Position numbers and translations under genes: made by a program. Below are positions 18,564-29,674 of a stretch of DNA of 64,000 nt, piece by piece (position 1 is the first letter of the stretch; the number at the start of each line of letters is the position of its first letter). The notes under the pieces were generated by a model. The model had not been told where the DNA came from. It made no database searches and saw only the letters and a program-made list of their open reading frames with translations. Location of the stretch: the NCBI GenBank assembly GCA_963607545.1, contig CAVDCP010000012.1, forward strand, positions 432-64,431, read 5' to 3'. This stretch comes from a bacterium. GTDB taxonomy: Bacteria > Bacteroidota > Bacteroidia > Bacteroidales > Bacteroidaceae.

Positions 18564-20021
18564 TTACTTTATTACTTTCTTTCCGCCCTTGATGTAGATT
18601 CCCTTGGGCAGGGCATTGAAATCATGCCCGAGGTAAACACCGTCAAGACTGTAGATGCCTTGCTCGTGTGCCGAATTGTCGGCTTTCACTTCATTGATGC
18701 CTACTGCCTGGCTGGTTGTTATCACCACCTTGTCGGTAATAGTTTCGCTGTTGAGCGCAACAGCATGCAGCGTTTCGTCAAATACAGCGCCGGCGGGTTG
18801 CTCAATATAGCAGCCGTCGAGCGTGAGCGAAAGTATGTCGCAGACAGAGCCTTTGTTGCCCTCTGCCGTTACGGTGGCATTGCGTATGGTGAGTGTTTCG
18901 ACTGCTCCGTCAACTCCTGCGATACCCCACTTCCCCTTTGTGTTCACTGTGCAGTTGTCAATCTCAAGTGATTTTTTGAAGTAAAGGCCGCAATAGCCAT
19001 TGGATTCAACATTGAGTGTTCCGTCGCCAGTGATAGTTGTCGAATAAGTCAAACTTATGGCGGCGTCTTTTGTCGCAGTAATGTTGTTATCGCCAGCCAC
19101 ATTGATTGTGAGTCCGCTTACACCGCCGTTATAAATGCCGTTATAACCCGTGATTGTTGCGTTTTCGAGATAGAGCGTATATGTTTCGGGATCATATCTC
19201 ACCTTTCCACTTACGCCGTTAATCACGCTGAGGTCGTTGCAGTTTTTGCTCGTAACGTAAACATCGGCAACCTTTAAGGAATAGATTTCGACTACGGATG
19301 GTGCTATCGCCACCTGGTCTTTTACAATTTGGCCATTTAGCGCAACGGCATTCAGTGTTTCGTTGAACGATGCTCCTCTTGGCTGCACGATATCGCAACC
19401 GTCGAGCGTGAGCGAAAGAATGTCGCAGATAGAACCACTGTAGCCCTCTGCCGTTACGGTGGCATTGTGTATGGTGAGCGTTTCGACTGTTCCGTCTTCT
19501 CCTGCGATACCCCATTTTCCTTTTGCGGTCACTGTGCAATCATCTATCTCAAGCGATTTTTCAAAATAGATGCCACAAAAGCCTTTGGATTCAAGATTGA
19601 GCGTTCCGCCGCCTTTGATTGTTGTGGGGTTAAAGGCCAAATTTATGGCAGAGCCATTCGTTGCCGTAATGCTGTTCTCGCCGGTGACATTAATTATAAG
19701 TCCGCTTGATGTGATGAAGTAGCTGATGCCTGTATCTGCCGTGATGGTTGCGTTTTCGAGATAGAGCGTATATGTTTCGGGATCGTATCTCACCGTTCCG
19801 CTTACACCGTCGATGACGCTGAGGTCGGCGCAGTTTTCACTCGTGACCTCTACATCGTTAATGTAGATGTTATAGTTTACGTGCGATTCATCGTTGCCCG
19901 CCATTGCTGCATGAGCGTTGGCCGTTTTTGGAAAAACAAAACCCAAAAGAAAGGCGAACAATATCGCAGCAACGCCGTTTGCTTGCATTGCAGTTTTGTG
20001 CTGTTGTAGATTTTTCATCAT
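18564..20021 (-). CDS. Paralogous secreted repeat protein (2 x ~196-aa modules) with T9SS-type C-terminal signal
   Basis: Repeated VTSxNCxDLSVIxGVSGxVRYDPETYTLYLENATIT; CTD IYSLDGVYLG...LPKGIYIKGGKKVIK; track start 20054 overlaps the promoter so a downstream ATG is preferred. Confidence 0.8.
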   Translation of the reverse strand: MMKNLQQHKTAMQANGVAAILFAFLLGFVFPKTANAHAAMAGNDESHVNYNIYINDVEVTSENCADLSVIDGVSGTVRYDPETYTLYLENATITADTGISYFITSSGLIINVTGENSITATNGSAINLAFNPTTIKGGGTLNLESKGFCGIYFEKSLEIDDCTVTAKGKWGIAGEDGTVETLTIHNATVTAEGYSGSICDILSLTLDGCDIVQPRGASFNETLNAVALNGQIVKDQVAIAPSVVEIYSLKVADVYVTSKNCNDLSVINGVSGKVRYDPETYTLYLENATITGYNGIYNGGVSGLTINVAGDNNITATKDAAISLTYSTTITGDGTLNVESNGYCGLYFKKSLEIDNCTVNTKGKWGIAGVDGAVETLTIRNATVTAEGNKGSVCDILSLTLDGCYIEQPAGAVFDETLHAVALNSETITDKVVITTSQAVGINEVKADNSAHEQGIYSLDGVYLGHDFNALPKGIYIKGGKKVIK

Positions 20022-20051
20022 AGTCATTTGTTTTTTAGTAATTGAATGATG

Positions 20052-20128
20052 CAAATCTACTGAGAAATCAAGCGTTTTGCCTAATTCGGAAGGGCGGCGG
20101 TTGTTACATTATGCGCTTTTTGTAACAA
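20052..20128 (-). promoter_or_regulatory. -7 element plus upstream inverted repeat for the secreted-protein pair
   Basis: TAGATTTG (20059-20052) and TTGTTACA-N12-TGTAACAA (20101-20128). Confidence 0.55.
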
Positions 20129-20304
20129 AAAAGCTTAGTTATTAGGAATATATTAGAAATATACAACTTACGCTCTTTCCGCTGAAAGCGAGGTAATGAC
20201 TTGGCAACAGTCATAAATTCAGCGATGTGCAGTGCATTTCTGTCAAACAACTCTTTGCAAAGAGTAACGTATTTTTTCGACAAACGAAATACAATCAGTG
20301 TTTA

Positions 20305-22914
20305 TTACTGTTTTCCTTCCAATTTACCTAATCGCATTATTATTGAGGTTTGGCTTCTGCCCATTTTCGCAGCTATGTATTTAATACTTTTCCCCTCATG
20401 ATAAAGGGTAAGCAGGAACTTATCCGCACTGCGTGTCCACTTTTTGTTGGCATTTGGGTGCTTGGCATAACTTTCTTCCGTGACTTTCTCCGGGTGCAAG
20501 AACTCGTCCACGAAAACAGAAGGGAAGCGTCTGTCATACAGTACATAGGTCTTGACTTTAGCTCTGGTAATGGCTACATAAAACAGCCTACGTTCTTCAC
20601 CGTATGGATATTGGTCGCTTTTTGTCAGGACATAATCAAGTACGGGGTCATCGCTTACAAGTGAGGGAAACCCGTATGTGTCCTTGTTGCATTGAAGAAT
20701 TATCACATAGTCCGCTTCAAGTCCTTTGGATTTATGAACAGTCAGAAATTCTATTTTCCTGTCTCCAATGATATAGAAAAAACGATTACCTTCCTTTACG
20801 GATTTATACTTGAACGACAGGTAATAATCGTCAAAGGAATATCTCCCTAACAAAAATACGGATTTGCCCAATGGAATTGACGCGACCAAATGTCCGATAA
20901 CATTGCAATAATCACGCCTTTCATAATCGAAAAACTGTAATTCTGTTTTAACTTGTGGCTTAAAAGGATGGATGTTCTTTTTAATTTGGGCTTCGTTGCG
21001 CTGGATGAATTGTGATGACAGACTGACTAAAGGCTCTCCAAAGCGATATGTTGTTTCAATCTTATTGATTTCTGTCTGACCGAAATAATCTGAAAACTGA
21101 TTGAAAAGTGCCATGTCGCTCCCCGAAAAACGATATATGGACTGCCAGTCATCGCCTACACAATACAACTTGGCAGGCGGATTTCCTTCTCGTAAAGCAT
21201 TCAAGAAGTTGTAACGGTCAACCGATATGTCTTGAAACTCATCCACAATGATATAATCATACTTCACAGAATGTGAGGAACGACAAATGTCAGTAGCTTG
21301 CAGAATTGCATCTGTAAAATCTATTTGGTTACTGTTGTTTAATTCTTCAATATACCGTTCATAAACGGGTCGAAAGATATTCTTGATAATGGAGGTGCTG
21401 CGTTCGTCCCCTGCGCTTTTAGTTTGCCTTAATACTTTATCTACAGATTTGCAGCTTGACTTTATCAATGTCACGAAAGTCACGACAAGGCGTATAAAAG
21501 CCTTCTCTTGCTTGCTGTTCGGGGGAAGAATCATGTCGTACAATTCAGCATCTGTTTTCTCTTTGATGGGAACATCAACCTTTTCCAATAAGATTTTCAA
21601 CTTGTTCCTAATATCGGAATAATGAAAGTCTGCACTTGAAGTTGTCAACAGCTTAGTACCAAATTTTTCATGTGCCGCTTTTTTCCATGTTATGCCATCG
21701 TTATACTTTTGGTTTGCTTCTTCGTATGTGATGCCTCTGTCCTTGGCAAACCATATAGGAACGAGTCCGTGCTCATCTACCCCAAAATGCTCCAAATATA
21801 TTCGCCTTGTTTTTCCATCTTGTTCAAAATATATGGAGAAGTCTGGTTTATATTGAGAATGCGTCTCGTCTGCCAATGGATGTTCGTATGGTTCTTCGTA
21901 TCTGAATTTTACGCTAAAGGAAGATAGCACAAAGCATATTTTCTTTTCTTGTTCGCTCCGTACATAAACAGTTTTCCCGTCCATATCGGGAAACGATGCT
22001 TTCAAACGCACATCTTTCTGTTCTGAAAGTTGTTGCCTACGCTCATTCTTCCGCTTTTCCCACTCCTTTTCGGGCATTTGATAATCAATGAAGTATTCTA
22101 TTACGCTTTTCTTGAATTTCTTGTCGTTCAATAATTCATGGTAGATTTTCACGAAGAGCGCGTCCGTATTTTCATATATTGATGGTTTTTGTCCTGTTGT
22201 CTGTCCGATAATATCAAGGGCAAGTTTGTGAAAAGTGTACCCTCTCAAACCTACAATACCCATTCTTTCTGTTAATTCAGCGGCAGCCTTGTTTGTGTAG
22301 CTGATAAGGAGGATATTTTGAGGATTGACTTTCTTTACTTCGGTCAAATACTTTACCTTCCCTACAATGGATGAAGTCTTGCCACTCCCTGCACTACTGA
22401 CCACTAAACAATTATCTTCTTCCGAAACGATTGAGCGTCTTTGCTGCTTGTCTAATGGATATTTCAGACAATGGTTGAAAAAATCCTTACAGGTGTCCAG
22501 TTTCCCTTTTATATAGTTATCGTTATGACTTTTGATGAACCATTGTAGGTTTTCAAAATCAGATACAAATTTTGCAATTGTTTCTGACGGTTCTACATGG
22601 AATGTTTCAAGCCGTTTAAGAAAGCCGCTTACTTCATGGAACAATTCTGTGTAATACCCAGCAAACTGCCTCTCTTCCCGAAATGTGATGTACTGACTAT
22701 TAAAGGCCTGTTCCAAATCGTACTTTATATCTTTAAATAAACGTTCGTTTTCTTGTCTTGGTGTTTCTTCCTTATTTTTTTGTGTGGCTTGGAAAGGTGT
22801 GATGCTCTCTACCCGTAAAGAAAACTCTTTTAATTTCTTTTTTAACAATAGGCGTATCGCTACTATAGTAGCAATAGCAGCGATACATGAACCAAAAGTA
22901 AGCAATATAGCCAT
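20305..22914 (-). CDS. UvrD/helicase IV-like SF1 helicase with N-terminal TM segment, inserted nuclease-like domain and C-terminal HTH
   Basis: SAGSGKT, IVDEFQD, VGDDWQSIYRF, TVHKSKGLE, EERRLFYVAITRAK; insert RSEQE...YE...PDF...LEHFG; visibly AT-rich. Confidence 0.88.
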   Translation of the reverse strand: MAILLTFGSCIAAIATIVAIRLLLKKKLKEFSLRVESITPFQATQKNKEETPRQENERLFKDIKYDLEQAFNSQYITFREERQFAGYYTELFHEVSGFLKRLETFHVEPSETIAKFVSDFENLQWFIKSHNDNYIKGKLDTCKDFFNHCLKYPLDKQQRRSIVSEEDNCLVVSSAGSGKTSSIVGKVKYLTEVKKVNPQNILLISYTNKAAAELTERMGIVGLRGYTFHKLALDIIGQTTGQKPSIYENTDALFVKIYHELLNDKKFKKSVIEYFIDYQMPEKEWEKRKNERRQQLSEQKDVRLKASFPDMDGKTVYVRSEQEKKICFVLSSFSVKFRYEEPYEHPLADETHSQYKPDFSIYFEQDGKTRRIYLEHFGVDEHGLVPIWFAKDRGITYEEANQKYNDGITWKKAAHEKFGTKLLTTSSADFHYSDIRNKLKILLEKVDVPIKEKTDAELYDMILPPNSKQEKAFIRLVVTFVTLIKSSCKSVDKVLRQTKSAGDERSTSIIKNIFRPVYERYIEELNNSNQIDFTDAILQATDICRSSHSVKYDYIIVDEFQDISVDRYNFLNALREGNPPAKLYCVGDDWQSIYRFSGSDMALFNQFSDYFGQTEINKIETTYRFGEPLVSLSSQFIQRNEAQIKKNIHPFKPQVKTELQFFDYERRDYCNVIGHLVASIPLGKSVFLLGRYSFDDYYLSFKYKSVKEGNRFFYIIGDRKIEFLTVHKSKGLEADYVIILQCNKDTYGFPSLVSDDPVLDYVLTKSDQYPYGEERRLFYVAITRAKVKTYVLYDRRFPSVFVDEFLHPEKVTEESYAKHPNANKKWTRSADKFLLTLYHEGKSIKYIAAKMGRSQTSIIMRLGKLEGKQ

Positions 22915-23033
22915 CTTTACAACTTGTTATAAATTTGACTGTCGCCATATCTGATTTGTGGATGGGGCAGCACGGTTAATTGGAATGACAGCACGGTTCT
23001 CTTCGTCGAATGACCACTGAACCTGCCACGTTT

Positions 23034-24158
23034 TCATCCTATTATTTGTAACCAAAATTCGGTTGGCGACACGCCTTTTTGCTGCTTGAACGCACGGTAG
23101 AAGCTCACCCTATTGGTGAAACCGCATTCTGTGGCAAGGGCATCAATGGTGTGCGTGTCGAGCCATCCGTCGGAGACGAGCCTTACAGCCTCGTCCACCC
23201 GCATGGCGTTGATATAACTTTTGAAATTGGTGTTGCGACAATGCGATATTACAGCCGACACCATGCGCTGGTTTTTGCCGAGCTTGGCTGCAAGCACATT
23301 GATGGTCAACGTTGCCGATCGGTACACCTTGTCATCGCGCATCATCTTGTCGATGTGTTGCATCATCTGCTGCTCGGCGTCAGTTGGAGGCTGCGTTTTG
23401 CTTGCTGTGCAAAGGTCTGTCTTGTCGGCCACTTGTCGGTAGAACGTGAAATCGTAGGTGTAGTTGACAAACCTGATGCCGAAGAATACATAGTAGGCGA
23501 TTGCAGCCGACATGAAAAGAAGCGATGTGGCAGGAGTGGGGACGAACGAATAGCCCAAAGCAAGCAACCCGATGCCAAGCGACCAATAGAATGAGCGTTT
23601 CACCCATAACAGCCGGCGGTCTTCATCGGCGGAATAATAATTGTCCATCAGTTCTACATACATGGAATAGCGGCGGCGGAAAATACGGACATAACGCACC
23701 AGCTGCACAGCGTAGCCGCACATACAGACCATGTACACTGCAAAGGAAATGCCGTCGAGTGTGCATGCCACGCCAAAAGCGACGGCAAGGAATGTCACTA
23801 TGGCGAGTCCTTCTACCAACAGGCGCTTCACCGTGAAATAAGTCAAGTCAACAAGCGTCACGAGTGTTGTGGTGAAAAAGAATGCCTGAAAAGCCGAAAT
23901 AGCTATGATTATCATCCGTTCAAGCATCAAGTCGCTGCCCGCGCCTGAAGAATACACGTCGTCAATCAGTATGGCCATACCATACAAGACAAAAGTTATG
24001 CCCATGAGCCTGCGCGACCGCCGGTAGCGGTCGAGCGAATGCTCCTGCGGTATCTTGATGAAAAAGAAGCACAGCCCCAGGGCTGCCAAAAGCCCCGGAG
24101 CAAGGCAAATCACAAAGGTGTATGCACCCGAAACGGCTTCATACAAGTATCGTTCCAT
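23034..24158 (-). CDS. Membrane-bound AraC family regulator
   Basis: Several N-terminal TM helices; C-terminal NFKSYINAMRV...TIDALATECGFTNRVSFYRAFK...GVSP. Confidence 0.92.
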   Translation of the reverse strand: MERYLYEAVSGAYTFVICLAPGLLAALGLCFFFIKIPQEHSLDRYRRSRRLMGITFVLYGMAILIDDVYSSGAGSDLMLERMIIIAISAFQAFFFTTTLVTLVDLTYFTVKRLLVEGLAIVTFLAVAFGVACTLDGISFAVYMVCMCGYAVQLVRYVRIFRRRYSMYVELMDNYYSADEDRRLLWVKRSFYWSLGIGLLALGYSFVPTPATSLLFMSAAIAYYVFFGIRFVNYTYDFTFYRQVADKTDLCTASKTQPPTDAEQQMMQHIDKMMRDDKVYRSATLTINVLAAKLGKNQRMVSAVISHCRNTNFKSYINAMRVDEAVRLVSDGWLDTHTIDALATECGFTNRVSFYRAFKQQKGVSPTEFWLQIIG

Positions 24159-24191
24159 AAAAAAGGCCGTGTGAAATGCACCCGTTTTACA

Positions 24192-25415
24192 TTATGCCTC
24201 TTGGCTTTTGCCCTGACGTGCCACGCAGCGCAAGGCATAGGCAAGCACCACCGCGAAACCTGCGAGCGGAATGAAGAAGGGCAACACGAAATTGCCCGTG
24301 TGGTCGGCCACAAGGCCCATGAGCAGAAATCCGCAACCTCCCACGGGTGTCATCATCAATATCGACGACGCGCTTTTCGTGAGTCCGCCGAGTCCGCGCA
24401 GTGTCAGCGAGAATATTGTGGGGAACATTATTGCCTCGAAGAAGTAGTTGCACATGAGCGCAGCCACCGAAATGTCGCGGCCTAGGTCGAGCAACAGCAC
24501 GGCAATGCACGCCACTGTGCCCACGGCGCACACCAGAAGATACTTTTCGGCCGACACGGCACTCATTATAGCCGCACCCACAAAGCGCGACAACATGAAC
24601 AACCCGAGCGCGACGGTAAGTATGGTTGATGCCGTGGCCGGTTCCATCCAGTCCTCGCCGGTGACGAAATTTATGAAATAGGAGTTTATCGAAATCTCAG
24701 CCACTTCATAGGCCAGCAGTGCCGACAGACCGAACACAAACCATTTGTTGCCGAAAAGCCGCGAAAGGTTATGCCGCCCGTGCTGGGTTTCGCTGTCGTC
24801 GCTGTGCACAATCTCGGGCAGGTTGACACGCGAGAACACCACTGCTATGACGAGCACCACAACACCCATTATGCTGTATGGCACCACGGCATTGCCGCCC
24901 TCGCCGGTGCTTTGAAACAGAAAACTGCCCACGACAAGTGTCGCAAACATCGACCCCACCCCGTTGAACGACTGCGAGAAATTCAGACGTGCCGTTGCCG
25001 TGCTCTTCGGACCGAGTTCGGTGACATAGGGATTGGCCGAGGTCTCGAGAAACACAAGTCCGCAACCGATGATGAACAGGGCCACAAGATAGGCATAGAA
25101 CGTGCCCACCGCAGCACAGGGAATGAATGCCAGCGACCCGAGGCCGAAAAGCACAAGGCCGAACACCACCCCACGGCGGTAGCCAAGCCGGTTGATGAAC
25201 AGCCCGGCAGGAATGGCCATGAGGAAATAGCCGAGATAGGTGGTGACCTGAATGAGCGCCGACTGTGTTATGCTTATGTCAAGCTCGGTTTGGAAATGCT
25301 TGTTGAGCACGTCGAGAATGGCACGCGCAAATCCCCACATGAAGAACAACGAGGTGATGAGCACAAACGGCACTATATATTCACGGCTGCTTAACGATGG
25401 TCTCTCTTTTTTCAT
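24192..25415 (-). CDS. MFS sugar:H+ symporter, FucP/GluP family
   Basis: LITSLFFMWGFA, LETSANPYV, RLNFSQSFNG, IMFPTIFSL; start could also be 25445. Confidence 0.9.
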   Translation of the reverse strand: MKKERPSLSSREYIVPFVLITSLFFMWGFARAILDVLNKHFQTELDISITQSALIQVTTYLGYFLMAIPAGLFINRLGYRRGVVFGLVLFGLGSLAFIPCAAVGTFYAYLVALFIIGCGLVFLETSANPYVTELGPKSTATARLNFSQSFNGVGSMFATLVVGSFLFQSTGEGGNAVVPYSIMGVVVLVIAVVFSRVNLPEIVHSDDSETQHGRHNLSRLFGNKWFVFGLSALLAYEVAEISINSYFINFVTGEDWMEPATASTILTVALGLFMLSRFVGAAIMSAVSAEKYLLVCAVGTVACIAVLLLDLGRDISVAALMCNYFFEAIMFPTIFSLTLRGLGGLTKSASSILMMTPVGGCGFLLMGLVADHTGNFVLPFFIPLAGFAVVLAYALRCVARQGKSQEA

Positions 25416-25662
25416 ATTTCTTTCTGTCTTTAATTTCTGTTTCATGCGCGGCACGCGCCGTCAAAACGCGGCCACTACTCTGCAAACTTACAACAAATTT
25501 TTCACATTGCGCCGTTTCGCCGCATAAAATCGCCGCAACAAGGTGCTTTTGGCGCGTCGCGGCAGATGCCGCACACACGCGCATCATCTGCAACACGCAT
25601 GCACACCTAATGCCGCACGGCGCAACCCATACACCCCGGCAGCACAAAACGCGCCTCGCAAC

Positions 25663-25727
25663 TGACAAAAATGGCAACGGCAACATGACAAAAACGGCAT
25701 GCCTAAAATTTTGGCACGATTTTGGCA
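25663..25727 (+). promoter_or_regulatory. Sigma54-type (-24/-12) promoter with two upstream repeated sites
   Basis: TGGCACGATTTTGGCA (25712-25727, GG-N10-GC); TGACAAAAATGGCA (25663) and TGACAAAAACGGCA (25686). Confidence 0.6.
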
Positions 25728-25797
25728 TATCACCAAGTGAAGCCCCGGAAAATCCGGGCAACAGAACAAGACAAAACAACTAAAAAGAATAAGAATT

Positions 25798-26067
25798 ATG
25801 AACATTAAACCATTAGCAGACAGAGTGTTGGTGCTTCCGGCACCGGCAGAGGAAAAAGTTGGTGGAATCATCATTCCTGACACGGCAAAAGAGAAGCCGC
25901 AGCACGGCAAAGTAGTGGCTGTGGGCCAAGGCACAAAGGACGAGGAGATGATATTGAAAGAGGGCGACGAGGTGCTTTACGGCAAATACTCGGGCACAGA
26001 GCTCGAACACGAAGGCACAAAATATCTCATCATGCGCCAAAGCGATGTTCTCGCCGTAGTGAAATAA
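25798..26067 (+). CDS. groES: Co-chaperonin GroES
   Basis: [31 protein letters not shown]. Confidence 0.98.
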   Translation: MNIKPLADRVLVLPAPAEEKVGGIIIPDTAKEKPQHGKVVAVGQGTKDEEMILKEGDEVLYGKYSGTELEHEGTKYLIMRQSDVLAVVK

Positions 26068-26075
26068 CACCCTAA

Positions 26076-27743
<1,668 letters not shown>

Positions 27744-27783
27744 TCTGACATCTTTCGGAACATTTCAAACAACGTAATAAGTG

Positions 27784-27825
27784 AAAGTCCTTGGACTGCG
27801 CCAACGCGCATCCAAGGACTTTTTT
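27784..27825 (+). terminator. Terminator after groEL
   Basis: AAAGTCCTTGGA...TCCAAGGACTTT plus T-run. Confidence 0.8.
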
Positions 27826-28002
27826 CGTGCCACGACACCGGCGGCGAATGTTAATGTTTCGCATCCGCAGGTTTCCTACGGTCACCCGTGGTTATGCACA
27901 TTGGCCGTCTCCGACGACCCGTCGCACAAAATATTTTTACCGGACACCAATAATTTTGAACGCCATATCAGGAAGGGCACGACGGCTGGTGGCGTACCAC
28001 AT

Positions 28003-28259
28003 GCCCTGGAAGGGCACAACGGTCGTAGCCCAGAGTGAAGATAGAACGCAGTGAAATCTGTAACCCTGGTTTTTTCACGGTTTGAGTTGGCGGATGGCCT
28101 GTAAGGTCAGCACAACACCTGCATGGATGAAATGATGCCGACATTGTGGTGCTGACCTTACAGGCCAGAATCCGATTTTCCGTTTTTGAACCCAGGGTTA
28201 CACCGTTTGCTGACGCAAACGGCTCACCCCGGGCTACGGTCGTTACGCCCCTCCGGGGC
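28003..28259. repeat. Nested long inverted repeat, REP/REPIN-like
   Basis: Paired arms ACAACGGTCGTAGCCCAGAGTGA/TCACCCCGGGCTACGGTCGTTAC, TGTAACCCTGG/CCAGGGTTACA, TGGCCTGTAAGGTCAGCAC/GTGCTGACCTTACAGGCCA, capped by GCCCTGGAAGGGC and GCCCCTCCGGGGC. Confidence 0.8.
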
Positions 28260-28404
28260 TGATAATGGTCTCACGCTTTTCACCAAATTTCACCACCCTA
28301 AAGGGCAGGGTGCTCAAAACCGGCAAAACCTCAAACAACGAGTCGCGTAGTGACTACTGCTTAAAGCGCAAGGGCTTGCCACTTCATTTACAGGCATATA
28401 CGAC

Positions 28405-28536
28405 TTGCCCCTGCAAGGGGCGCATTAATTCATTGTAAGTTAGAAATATGCGCTCCTTGCAGGGGCAAAGATTGTGATGTTTTGACAGATAGGGGCAAGC
28501 CCCCTACTCTATTACATGCGCCCCTTTCAGGGGCAA
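28405..28536. repeat. REP-like GCCCC-N-GGGGC palindromes, three related copies
   Basis: TTGCCCCTGCAAGGGGCGCAT (28405), inverted ATGCGCTCCTTGCAGGGGCAA (28448), ATGCGCCCCTTTCAGGGGCAA (28516). Confidence 0.75.
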
Positions 28537-28543
28537 TGGGCGT

Positions 28544-29674
28544 TTATTTGCCGTACATGTTCTCGTAGTATTTCTGATAGTCGCCCGACGTAACGTTGTC
28601 CATCCAAGCCTGGTTGTCGAGATACCAGCGCACGGTTTTCTCGATGCCCTCCTCAAACTGCAGACTGGGTTCCCAACCCAACTCGCTCTGCAATTTGCGC
28701 GAGTCAATGGCATAACGCATGTCATGTCCCATTCTGTCGGTGACATGGGTTATCAATCCAAGGTCTTCGTTCTCCTTTCGCCCGAGCAAGCGGTCGGTGG
28801 TTTTTATGAGCACATGTATTATGTCGATGTTCTTCCACTCGTTGAAGCCGCCAATATTATAGGTGTCGGCCACTTTGCCGTTGTGGAATATCAGGTCGAT
28901 TGCACGCGCGTGATCCTCCACATACAACCAGTCTCTCACGTTGAGTCCCTCTCCGTAGACGGGCAACGGTTTGCGGTGGCGTATGTTGTTTATGAACAAC
29001 GGTATGAGTTTTTCGGGAAACTGGTAGGGGCCGTAGTTGTTGGAGCAGTTGGTCACGACGGTGGGCATGCCATAGGTGTCGTGAAAAGCCCGCACGAAAT
29101 GGTCGCTGCTTGCCTTTGAAGCCGAATAGGGAGAGTGTGGTGTGTAGCGTGTCTGTTCGGTGAAGAACTCACGTCCGTAGGCGTGATGGTGCTCCGACGA
29201 TGCCTTGGTGGTGAACGGCGACTCAATGCCCTGCGGATCGGTGAGCTGCAAAGCGCCGTAAACCTCGTCGGTGGAAATGTGGTAGAACAGTTTGCCGGCA
29301 TATTTCTCCGGGTGGCTCTCCCAATAAATCTTGGCTGCCTGAAGCAGTGTCAGGGTGCCCATCACGTTGGTTCTTGCAAAAGTGAAAGGGTCTTTTATGG
29401 AGCGGTCAACATGGCTTTCTGCCGCAAGATGTATCACGCCGTCAACCTCGTAGTCGCTCATTATCTTCTGCACAAGCGCGAAATCGCAGATGTCGCCTTT
29501 CACGAAAGTGTAGTTGGGTGCATCCTTTATATCGTCAAGATTGGCAAGATTGCCGGCATAAGTCAACTTGTCGAGATTGACAATCCTATACTCGGGATAT
29601 TTTTTCACAAAGAGCCTCACTACATGTGAGCCAATAAAACCGGCTCCACCGGTTATGACAATGCTTCTCTTCAT
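28544..29674 (-). CDS. rfbB: dTDP-glucose 4,6-dehydratase
   Basis: TGGAGFIGS, LDKLTYAG, HLAAESHVDRSI, STDEVYG, YSASKAS, NNYGPYQFPEKLIP. Confidence 0.96.
   Translation of the reverse strand: MKRSIVITGGAGFIGSHVVRLFVKKYPEYRIVNLDKLTYAGNLANLDDIKDAPNYTFVKGDICDFALVQKIMSDYEVDGVIHLAAESHVDRSIKDPFTFARTNVMGTLTLLQAAKIYWESHPEKYAGKLFYHISTDEVYGALQLTDPQGIESPFTTKASSEHHHAYGREFFTEQTRYTPHSPYSASKASSDHFVRAFHDTYGMPTVVTNCSNNYGPYQFPEKLIPLFINNIRHRKPLPVYGEGLNVRDWLYVEDHARAIDLIFHNGKVADTYNIGGFNEWKNIDIIHVLIKTTDRLLGRKENEDLGLITHVTDRMGHDMRYAIDSRKLQSELGWEPSLQFEEGIEKTVRWYLDNQAWMDNVTSGDYQKYYENMYGK

Noticed and set aside
16435..20021. Diversity-generating retroelement template/variable repeats
   Set aside because: Repeats are in-frame whole-domain duplications and no reverse transcriptase is present
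29160..29260. His-containing insertion in RfbB
   Set aside because: In frame, and similar loops are, to my knowledge, common in Bacteroidales homologues; no intein motifs
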